Notes: a model not told the origin generated them from the letters alone. DNA of 41,232 bases from a virus (IMGVR_UViG_3300045988_082369:1-41232), one strand, 5' to 3'; numbered from the stretch's first letter, positions 34,307 to 41,232 are shown. Numbers and translations are program-made.

Positions 34307-34335
34307 ATTGTACTACATCTTGTAGGAAAAGTAAA
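34307..34335 (-). promoter_or_regulatory. SigmaA-type promoter P4
   Basis: On the minus strand: TTTACT, 17 bp, TACAAT. Confidence 0.55.
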
Positions 34336-34336
34336 G

Positions 34337-34383
34337 GGGTATTGTGAAAGTTTTTTAGAAAATTTTTCAAGTTCACAATACCC
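34337..34383 (-). terminator. 12-bp perfect inverted repeat after gene 34397-34870, enclosing the A/T tract upstream of P4
   Basis: GGGTATTGTGAA (34337-48) pairs with TTCACAATACCC (34372-83) across a 23-nt A/T loop. On the minus strand it is followed by CTTTACTTTTCC. Confidence 0.4.
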
Positions 34384-34396
34384 TTGTAGTTTTGTG

Positions 34397-34870
34397 TTAC
34401 TTTAAGTTTTTAATTCTTTTCAGGCTGTTCTTAATTGCTGTGAGATTAGTCTTGTTACTGTTCTTGGTGTAGTAGCCTTTAGCGTATACGTGTGACCCTG
34501 TGCATTCTACTTTGAACTCTGCTGTGTACTCGTCACCGTTTTCTTCCCAAGTTACCTCGTCCCAGCTGTGCTTTTCTTCATAGGCTCTTTTAGCAGCAGC
34601 ATTTCTAGGTGGTGTAAAGAAGTAAGCCCCTCTGAACTTTTCTGCCTCTTCAATGATGTCCTCTAATCTTACAATTGTCTCGTAGTAAGGGTGACTTGTA
34701 GTTAGATTTAAGATATCAGCAATCTCTACTGTAAGACCTTCTTTGCTAGCACCTATCTTATGTGCTGTAGCCTTGATGTGTGCTTCTTCTCTGTTCGCAG
34801 CCTTGAATACCTCCTGCATTGACCCTCTTAGGTTGCCGTTGTTAATTGTGTATGTTACTCTGAACTCCAT
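34397..34870 (-). CDS. Early hypothetical protein (157 aa)
   Basis: AAGGAGG SD and its own promoter. No motif recognised. Confidence 0.6.
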   Translation of the reverse strand: MEFRVTYTINNGNLRGSMQEVFKAANREEAHIKATAHKIGASKEGLTVEIADILNLTTSHPYYETIVRLEDIIEEAEKFRGAYFFTPPRNAAAKRAYEEKHSWDEVTWEENGDEYTAEFKVECTGSHVYAKGYYTKNSNKTNLTAIKNSLKRIKNLK

Positions 34871-34917
34871 CTCGTGACCTCCTTGTGTCGTGGTTGTTAT
34901 GTTGTATCGTTGTACTA

Positions 34918-34946
34918 AGTATATACCTGTCTTGTAAGGAAGTCAA
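34918..34946 (-). promoter_or_regulatory. SigmaA-type promoter P5
   Basis: On the minus strand: TTGACT, 17 bp, TATACT, with upstream A/T tracts (34951-34978). Confidence 0.6.
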
Positions 34947-35049
34947 GCGGAATTTTGAAAAAATTTTAAAAAGTTTTTGTGGAGTGTTGTGAGCTTGTAT
35001 TTTGTGTAGGTTGCATATGCGTTAAATTATTAACGAATGGTGGACTTGC

Positions 35050-36285
35050 TTATTGAAATAGTTCCGCAATGTCCTCTCGGAGGGTAGCTGAACGAGATTC
35101 CGCAGCTGCTTTGTCCTCTTTTCTCATCTTCCGCTCTCGAGTTCGGGCTGCTTTTTGTTTCTGCTTGTGTTTTCTGTCAGCTAGGACTGACTTGTGAGGT
35201 TTCCCCCGTCGGCTATTTCCCACAACAGTTGTGAGGTTGTTAGGGTCGTAACCATTGAGGTGGGCTGGATTCGATATCACAGAATCACACACAGTTTCCT
35301 GCGGGTCGTAGCTCTTATAGGCTGCTTCTTTCCACAGCAACTTGGCAGTTCTTGGGTTTTTACAATTAAGTTGTCGCCCCGTCTCTCGGTCAAACACCAA
35401 TATATGTGACTTGTGCGTGGAAGTTTTGTGTAATAGCACAAGTTTGTCGCTCGTAGATTGAATGACCTTACAATCCGCCATTTTCGTTCCTACTGAATAA
35501 TACACAGGCATTGTGCTCGTGACCCCCTCCTCATTGTAGGTGAAGTATCGAGCTGCGACCTGTTCTAGCTCTTTTCTCAATTGTCTTGTACTTTTGATGC
35601 TCCTGCCTTGGATGTTAAATTCTTTAGCATAGTATCGTAGCTGTGGTATAGTCATGTATTTCACCTCCTCGATAGGGTAAGTGTTGTAGATGTGATTGAA
35701 ATAATATCGGGCTGCTTTTTTCAGCTCCTCGATGTATGAGGATGCTGTAAAGACCGTAATATTGTGGGTCTTAAGGTCGTAATATATTACAGATTCCCCA
35801 ACTTTTTCAGACTCCTCGTAGTTTATCAGTGACTTGCGGATTCTGAGACTTTTCACAACCCCATTGTCGTAGTATTGTAGCTTTATGTCTCGCCTGAGAG
35901 CTGACGGTGCAATGTATAACCTGTCATGACCCCTAGCAGTCCATCTCCATGCCCCTCGTGTAAGCGCATAATCAATCTCTCGTGATGTGTAGACCTTGTC
36001 AAATGGGAACGATTCCCTTGTGTATGTATGTGACGGATGCAGTCGTTTAAGCTCCTCCATCTCCTCAGTTTCTTTTTCTTTGTGCTCTTTAGGAGATTTT
36101 TGTGACGAGTGTGGCGTGAGTTCTGGTATATCCAGCACGGATATTGGTGCGGAAGTTGCACATTTAGCAGCATATGCCTCGTACGGATTGTATAAATAAT
36201 ACAAGTTATTGTGAGTGTATGGTGATATACTGTGCTCGTCCTGACCGTAATTGTATAGCACGTGTGGTGAAAATGGTGAAACCAT
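35050..36285 (-). CDS. Early 411-aa protein with an internal HeH motif, a degenerate FTGM-type domain and a basic tail. First gene after P6.
   Basis: MTIPQLRYYAKEFNIQGRSIKSTRQLRKELEQV; ...LVFDRETGRQLNCKNPRTAKL; C-terminal K/R-rich region. AGGAGG SD. Confidence 0.7.
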   Translation of the reverse strand: MVSPFSPHVLYNYGQDEHSISPYTHNNLYYLYNPYEAYAAKCATSAPISVLDIPELTPHSSQKSPKEHKEKETEEMEELKRLHPSHTYTRESFPFDKVYTSREIDYALTRGAWRWTARGHDRLYIAPSALRRDIKLQYYDNGVVKSLRIRKSLINYEESEKVGESVIYYDLKTHNITVFTASSYIEELKKAARYYFNHIYNTYPIEEVKYMTIPQLRYYAKEFNIQGRSIKSTRQLRKELEQVAARYFTYNEEGVTSTMPVYYSVGTKMADCKVIQSTSDKLVLLHKTSTHKSHILVFDRETGRQLNCKNPRTAKLLWKEAAYKSYDPQETVCDSVISNPAHLNGYDPNNLTTVVGNSRRGKPHKSVLADRKHKQKQKAARTRERKMRKEDKAAAESRSATLREDIAELFQ

Positions 36286-36368
36286 GTTATCCTCCTGTGT
36301 AGTTTTATGTGTAGTTTTATGCGATATTTTGGTTAGTTAATGTTGTATTTTGTATTGGATTTATGTCT

Positions 36369-36397
36369 ATTATATACTCAGTTTTGTGAAAAGTAAA
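36369..36397 (-). promoter_or_regulatory. SigmaA-type promoter P6 (leftmost early promoter at the hub)
   Basis: On the minus strand: TTTACT, 17 bp, TATAAT. The 5' UTR contains a 12-bp tandem repeat (36297-36320). Confidence 0.6.
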
Positions 36398-36683
36398 GTG
36401 GTAAAGTGAAAAATAATAAAAATGGGAGGTGGGGTGAAAAATTTCTCGAGCGGAGGGGGTGGGGTGACTAGGTCTTTTTAGGTGCGGGAAGGTGTTGTAA
36501 AATTTTCGTGAGGCGAGGAGAAGGGGAGGTGAGCTGGGTTAGGAGGTGGGTGAGGGGTAAAAAGTGTCTTAAAACGCAAATATTTAGGTTTTATTGGGTA
36601 TATTTTAAATCTCTATTTGGTTTTAGGGGATTCTAGGCGGATTTTATGGTGAGCGAGGATAGGGTGAGGAGGAGAAAATGGGG

Positions 36684-36711
36684 TATATATAATATATATA
36701 TATTATATATA
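36684..36711. repeat. Perfect 28-bp AT palindrome flanked by G runs
   Basis: TATATATAATATATATATATTATATATA equals its own reverse complement. GGG lies on both flanks. Confidence 0.9.
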
Positions 36712-36826
36712 GGGTTGTGAGGAGAGGAGGTGTGACCTACAAGTTTTGCTCGTAAATCGGGGGTAAATCTTGGATGAATTTGCGTGTTTATTGAGTGTGG
36801 AATTCGTGAAAATTAAAAAAAGGGTT

Positions 36827-37280
36827 AAAAATAGGTAAGATTTATTGTGGCGGGGGAGGGGTTATTGGATGTGTTTACCTAATTTATTTCGTAAAAATAG
36901 GTAAATTTTTGCAAGATGAAATTTAAAATTAGGTTGTGGAAAAAAAGAATTCGGGAGAATTCTGGAGAAAATCTTGTACCTTTTTTCCTTTATTTACCTA
37001 TTTTTAAATATTTTATTATATATATATAAATATATAGTATATAGAGAATATAGGATATACAAGATATATAATAACGTAATATATATAAAAGAAGTTTTTT
37101 AAAATTAGGTAAAATCGTGGTTCGGCAATCTTGATAAAATTTGCATAGCGAAAAAATTTAACACATAGCCTAATTTTAGGATTTTGCGATTTTTATTGTG
37201 GCGAGTTACCTAATTTTACGCCTAATTTTAGGTTAAAAATAGGTCTTATTGTGCGAAATGTCCCTATTTTTACCTAATTT
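36827..37280. repeat. Array of at least 11 iterons, AAAAT(A/T)AGGTAA / TTACCTA(A/T)TTT, in both orientations
   Basis: TAGGT/ACCTA cores at about 36832, 36877, 36898, 36930, 36996, 37106, 37169, 37208, 37229, 37240 and 37272. Three copies are followed by TTATTGTG(G)CG. Confidence 0.8.
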
Positions 37281-37372
37281 CATTTCTAAAAAAGTAAAAG
37301 TGCGTAGAAGTGGACATTTTCTCGCTTTTTCGTTAATTATCGTGCGGATTCGCATGTTATTAAATTTCAGGG

Positions 37373-37401
37373 TTTACGGCAGATATTATATATAATATAA
37401 T
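37373..37401 (+). promoter_or_regulatory. Rightward sigmaA-type promoter of the same family, upstream of terS
   Basis: AGGGTTTACG, 17 bp, TATAAT on the plus strand. Spacer and -10 overlap the 37380-37406 palindrome. Confidence 0.5.
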
Positions 37402-37406
37402 ATCTG
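37380..37406. repeat. 27-bp palindrome (12-bp arms, 3-nt centre); candidate operator
   Basis: CAGATATTATAT-ATA-ATATAATATCTG. The arms are exact reverse complements. Confidence 0.85.
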
Positions 37407-37529
37407 AGATGAAATTAGTTATAGATTCTTGTGCGTACACAACGAGCCTGCAAAATCTTGGAAAATTCATCTTGTAAATTGTTGTGGACGCTTGTAAGCT
37501 CGTTGTAAACAAGTTATTGTGGAGAGGAT

Positions 37530-38150
37530 GTGAGATTATTGAGGAGAGCCAAGAGGCTTTGTGGAATACGGAACTGGGCTGTGGACTTCTCAGGGGTCAA
37601 GTCCAATCGCAAAGTTGTGTATAAGTTGAAGAGAACTGGATTATTCCAACAAGCTGAAGAGGTCAGAGTGTTATGTGAGGAATATCTGGATTCTTGTTGG
37701 ACACCCAAGGTGTATAAGGGTCGAGCAGTGACGGGAGTTGATGGGAAGATTGTGAAGACACAAACATCACCATACACTGTTGCGGGTCTAGCAAGGTACT
37801 TGGGCATGTGCACAGACACCTTCAACAAGTATTGTTCAGGGGTCATGGACAACTACGAAGATGAGGGAGAAACAATTAGCAGTGTGCTCAACTATTATAA
37901 ACAAGCAATCGAGGTCTATGCAGAAGAGCGATTGTATGACAAAGAAGGCTTCAACGGGGCTAGGTTTGTGCTTGACCATTACTTCAAGAAACTTAGTACC
38001 AAGGAGATGTATGAAATCCATCAGATACAGAAACAGCTGGAATTCAAGGAACGAGAGCTGCGAATCAAGGAGGAACTGATGGATGTAGGAGGGTCTGAAG
38101 ACACTGACATTCAGGTCACTATCCTCCGTAAGAGCAAGGAAGGTGTGTAA
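37530..38150 (+). CDS. terS: Terminase small subunit
   Basis: Pattern ...CEEYLDSC....PYTVAGLARYLGMCTDTFNKY....AIEVYAEERLYDKEGFNGARFVL is typical of small terminases. Lies upstream of terL. Start uncertain (GTG 37530 or TTG 37539). Confidence 0.7.
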   Translation: MRLLRRAKRLCGIRNWAVDFSGVKSNRKVVYKLKRTGLFQQAEEVRVLCEEYLDSCWTPKVYKGRAVTGVDGKIVKTQTSPYTVAGLARYLGMCTDTFNKYCSGVMDNYEDEGETISSVLNYYKQAIEVYAEERLYDKEGFNGARFVLDHYFKKLSTKEMYEIHQIQKQLEFKERELRIKEELMDVGGSEDTDIQVTILRKSKEGV

Positions 38151-38210
38151 TATATATTATATAATAAGGTAAGGTGGCTGAGGTCACCACTTATCACCCG
38201 AATGGTTGCA

Positions 38211-38236
38211 CTCAGGTTCGATTCCTGAGCAGGTGG
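38211..38236 (+). other. tRNA-like T-arm fragment (not a complete tRNA)
   Basis: CTCAGG-TTCGATT-CCTGAG with a canonical GGTTCGATTCC T-loop. No matching 5' acceptor strand, D arm or anticodon arm could be folded upstream. Confidence 0.3.
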
Positions 38237-38373
38237 ACACGAGAACGGGCGAGCTCAAAACCTTCTTTCATCTCATGGTTGTGATTAGCCATCAAAATTC
38301 CTTCGTTATATGTACTAAGTGTATCGTCTTTAAGCAAATGGAGCTCAGCCCGTTCAATTGTTGAGGAGGTAAG

Positions 38374-39684
38374 ATGAATATAACCAAAGAGGTGAACCCA
38401 AGGTTTGAAAATTTCATATTCAACTGGGACTATAAGCAGTACCTCTTGTTGGGAGGTTACGGAAGCAGTAAGAGCTATCATATAGGACTCAAGTTGATAT
38501 TGAAGTTACTACAAGAGAAAAGAAAAGCCCTTGTTGTACGTGAGGTCTATGACTCGATACGTGACAGCTGCTTTGACCTGCTGGAAGAGATTTTGAATGA
38601 CTTAGGGCTGCTGGCTGATGAGGGCTTAAGGTTCAGCAAGACTAAGGTTGTAAGCAGGATAAGTCCAATGCAATTCACCTTCCCTAACGGGTCTAAGATT
38701 ATATTCAAGGGCATGGATAAGCCTAAGAAGTTGAAATCTATCAACGGAGTATCCATTATATGGGTTGAAGAGGCATCAGAGGTCAAGTATGAAGGCTACA
38801 AAGAGTTGTTGGGACGATTGAGAGACCCTAACCACAGCAGGCATATCATACTGAGCTGGAATCCTGTTGGAGAGGAGAACTGGACATTCAAGCACTTCTT
38901 CATTGACAGAGAGCAGGAACGTACCGTGCTAGACCCTGAGGTGTTGTACAAGCACAAGACGTTGGTCAAGAATGGTATATACTATCATCACAGCTTGCCC
39001 AAAGACAACTTGTATCTACCTCAGGACTATCTTGATGAGTTACAAGGCATGAAGGAGTACGACCCTGACTTGTACAGAGTTGCTTGGTTGGGCAAGTACG
39101 GAATCAGTGGGCTGAAGGTTCTACCGCAAGTTGTAAGGATGCCTCACGAGATTGTAATTAAACAAGCTCAGGCGTGCAGTAACGATAACCACTACACAGG
39201 GATGGACTTTGGATTCGAGGTCTCATATAACGCAGTCCTCAGGATGGCAGTTGACCCTGTTGAGAAGATTCTGTATGTATACGATGAATACTACAAGAAT
39301 AAGATGACTGATGTTGAGACGGCAGATGAGCTGGAAGAACTCGGATACAAGGAAGATGACATAGTTGCGGACAGCGCAGAGCCTAAGGCAATAAGATACT
39401 ACCAGCTGAGAGGGTTCAACATGCGACCTTGCAAGAAATCTGCTGGGTCTAGGCTAGAGAACACGAGGAAGTGCAAGAGGTTCAAGAGGATAGTTATCAG
39501 CAGTAAGTGTAAGAATACTTGGAGAGAGCTGAAAGACTTGACGTATAAAGAAGATGCCAACGGCAATCGCAAGTATGATGAATTTAACATTGACCCTCAC
39601 ACATTCTCGGCTATGTGGTATGGCTTGGACTTGTGTGATGTAGTTGATATAAAGTATGAAAGGCACAGCAAAAGAGGAGGTTAA
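38374..39684 (+). CDS. terL: Terminase large subunit (PBSX/Terminase_3-like)
   Basis: NPRFENFIFNWDYKQYLLLGGYGSSKS (Walker A) and a C-terminal nuclease region. GAGGAGG SD. Confidence 0.95.
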   Translation: MNITKEVNPRFENFIFNWDYKQYLLLGGYGSSKSYHIGLKLILKLLQEKRKALVVREVYDSIRDSCFDLLEEILNDLGLLADEGLRFSKTKVVSRISPMQFTFPNGSKIIFKGMDKPKKLKSINGVSIIWVEEASEVKYEGYKELLGRLRDPNHSRHIILSWNPVGEENWTFKHFFIDREQERTVLDPEVLYKHKTLVKNGIYYHHSLPKDNLYLPQDYLDELQGMKEYDPDLYRVAWLGKYGISGLKVLPQVVRMPHEIVIKQAQACSNDNHYTGMDFGFEVSYNAVLRMAVDPVEKILYVYDEYYKNKMTDVETADELEELGYKEDDIVADSAEPKAIRYYQLRGFNMRPCKKSAGSRLENTRKCKRFKRIVISSKCKNTWRELKDLTYKEDANGNRKYDEFNIDPHTFSAMWYGLDLCDVVDIKYERHSKRGG

Positions 39685-39687
39685 ACC

Positions 39688-41223
39688 ATGAACAACATAA
39701 CAATTGAAGAGAGGGTGTTAACCCCTCAGTACAAGAACTTTAATGTGGCGAGGAGTCTAATTCAGACAGAGTTGGAGGGTCTATTTGGTACGAATACCTT
39801 GAGAGACCTGAAGGACATCTTGAGCTTGTACAATGTCTACGAGAACGGTGCTGATTTTACCCCTGAGACTAACGGTGATTATGTACCGTCAACTCACAAG
39901 TACAAGCACATCAAGAGTCTTATTGATAAAGAAGCAAGATTTTTGTTTTCCGTTCCGCCTGTTATAACGATTCATCCAGTCGAGGAACGGGAGGAACTAG
40001 AACCACTCACGCAGGAGACGCAATATTTGGTCGATACGGTGTTTAAATCTAATCACGTGAGTAGTAAGCTGGTGAGGACAGCTAAGGACTGTCTAATCGG
40101 TAAAAGAGTTGCATTAGCGGTGGACTTCAATGAGCAGGGTATTCAGCTATCATTTATGCCTTCCCTCGAATTTATATACGAGACAGACCCTACGAACGTA
40201 GATAAGATGACTAAGTTCATCAGGTTCTACAGCACGGTGGTGAATGACGACAAGTCGCAACAGAGAGTATATAAGAAGAAGTGGGAACTCAATGAGAAGG
40301 GTTACTGTGAAATCACAGAAGAACTTTATGACGGTAGCGGAAATCTTGTTGAGACTATCAGTGAACCGTTTGAGACGGGATTTACCTATATACCTGTATG
40401 GGTCGTAATCAATGGAGGACTTATTGGTGACCCGTTCGGAACTTCCGATGTGGAAGAACTCGCTGACGATGAGAGCTGGTATAGCAGGCTCGGAGGTAAG
40501 GATATGGACAGCTTGCGTAAGGGGGCTGACCAGATTATATGGGCAATGGATGTTCATCCTAAGTCCACAAAGAACTTGTCGAGGGCTGCGGGAGCATTTT
40601 GGGATTTATCAACAGACCCAGCTTCACCTGAGGGTACTAAAGGAGGGGTTGGAGTGCTTGATAATGACATGAGCTATTCTGCTGCTATGGACATGACCTT
40701 GAAGAGGTTAAGAGCTTCAATGTATTCCAATCTCGATATTCCTGACACGACAAGTGAGGCACTCACGGGCATTGTGTCCTCAGGAAAGACTATGGAGGCT
40801 ATTTATTGGGGGTTAATGGTACGATGTGACGAAAAGTTACTGGACTGGATACCAGCCCTAGAGGGTCTTGTAAGATGTATTGTTGAGGGTTGTCGCTTGT
40901 ACCCTGACAGCAAGAAGGTCTACACAGATGCAGAATTGTTGGAGGAGTTTAGTGTTGATATTGAAAACACGTATCCAATCTTGAAGGACGAGACTGAGCA
41001 GAAGGCTACCAACATCTCAGAGGTCAACAATAAGGTTATGAGTCGCAGAACTTACATGAAGAAGTGGAGAGGAATGACAGATGACCAGATAACTGCTGAG
41101 CTTAAGGATATAGCGGAAGAACAGCAGCTGCTTGAGGGTGACAACTATCTAGCTGATGTGAAGGGTCTATTTGGTAAGGTAGCAGATGAAGGCGGTGAAG
41201 ATGATGAAGGCACAGGAGAGTAG
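39688..41223 (+). CDS. Portal protein (SPP1 gp6-like)
   Basis: 511-aa ORF directly after terL with an acidic C-terminus. Order terL-portal-MuF. Confidence 0.9.
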   Translation: MNNITIEERVLTPQYKNFNVARSLIQTELEGLFGTNTLRDLKDILSLYNVYENGADFTPETNGDYVPSTHKYKHIKSLIDKEARFLFSVPPVITIHPVEEREELEPLTQETQYLVDTVFKSNHVSSKLVRTAKDCLIGKRVALAVDFNEQGIQLSFMPSLEFIYETDPTNVDKMTKFIRFYSTVVNDDKSQQRVYKKKWELNEKGYCEITEELYDGSGNLVETISEPFETGFTYIPVWVVINGGLIGDPFGTSDVEELADDESWYSRLGGKDMDSLRKGADQIIWAMDVHPKSTKNLSRAAGAFWDLSTDPASPEGTKGGVGVLDNDMSYSAAMDMTLKRLRASMYSNLDIPDTTSEALTGIVSSGKTMEAIYWGLMVRCDEKLLDWIPALEGLVRCIVEGCRLYPDSKKVYTDAELLEEFSVDIENTYPILKDETEQKATNISEVNNKVMSRRTYMKKWRGMTDDQITAELKDIAEEQQLLEGDNYLADVKGLFGKVADEGGEDDEGTGE

Positions 41224-41232
41224 GCACTCTTG
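41178..41232. repeat. Second copy of the 55-bp terminal repeat
   Basis: Identical to 1-55. Confidence 0.9.

Noticed and set aside
36675-36695. Mini-ORF ATG-GGG-TAT-ATA-TAA with a perfect SD
   Set aside because: It encodes four residues, runs straight into the 28-bp palindrome, and there is no evidence of transcription. It is treated as part of the SD-like repeat tract rather than a gene.
36827-37280. A CRISPR array
   Set aside because: The repeats are only about 11-12 bp and AT-rich. They occur in both orientations with irregular spacers of 11-110 bp. No cas genes are present.
38166-38240. A complete tRNA gene
   Set aside because: Only the T-arm is canonical. The 3' acceptor strand GCAGGTG has no complementary CACCTGC-type 5' strand within 90 nt. 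No D arm or anticodon stem-loop can be drawn.
38212-38481. Minus-strand 89-aa ORF
   Set aside because: It is antisense to the terL start and the terS-terL spacer inside a plus-strand operon. It has no motif and is most likely spurious.
41178-41232. The 55-bp end repeat as a biological direct terminal repeat or cos site
   Set aside because: An exact 55-nt overlap is the typical k-mer overlap left by assemblers on circular contigs. It falls inside the portal coding sequence. The PBSX-type terminase points to headful packaging.

Overview
The window is a complete, circularly closed dsDNA phage genome. Bases 1-55 are identical to 41178-41232, so the unique length is 41,177 bp. Tail genes indicate a siphovirus-type virion.

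Strong AGGAGG ribosome-binding sites, sigmaA-type promoters, an SH3b-type endolysin and a RemA homologue suggest a Firmicutes-type host. This is inference.

The genome has two convergent arms.
- The plus-strand arm runs 37530 -> 41232/1 -> 16183. It carries terS, terL, portal, a MuF-like head protein, scaffold, major capsid, connectors, tail, tape measure, Dit/Gp37-like tip and a lysis cassette.
- The minus-strand arm runs 36285 -> 16203. It starts with four short early genes of unknown function. After these come replication genes: primase-helicase, family A polymerase, Sak4/DUF669/Cas4-like recombination proteins, SNF2 and VRR-NUC. It also carries a nucleotide-metabolism set.
- The arms meet at a bidirectional terminator (16187-16218). 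They diverge from a 1.24-kb ORF-free hub (36286-37529).

I recognised no integrase, repressor, sigma factor or RNA polymerase.

Most interesting observations:
1. A two-locus gene set predicting a replaced or hypermodified pyrimidine in virion DNA. It includes a ThyA-family enzyme with Asp at the uracil/cytosine-discriminating position, a dNMP kinase-DUF4406 fusion, and a helical domain fused to a P-loop kinase.
2. The non-coding hub, which carries at least 11 phased TTACCTAATTT-type iterons, purine-rich GGAGGTG repeats and AT palindromes. A phage-encoded RemA homologue is a candidate binder.
3. A family of six near-identical early promoters, three of which are followed by paralogous proteins.
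4. A MuF protein with a C-terminal HExxH domain followed by a tiny ORF.

All functional calls rest on motif recognition and gene order read by eye. No database search was run.
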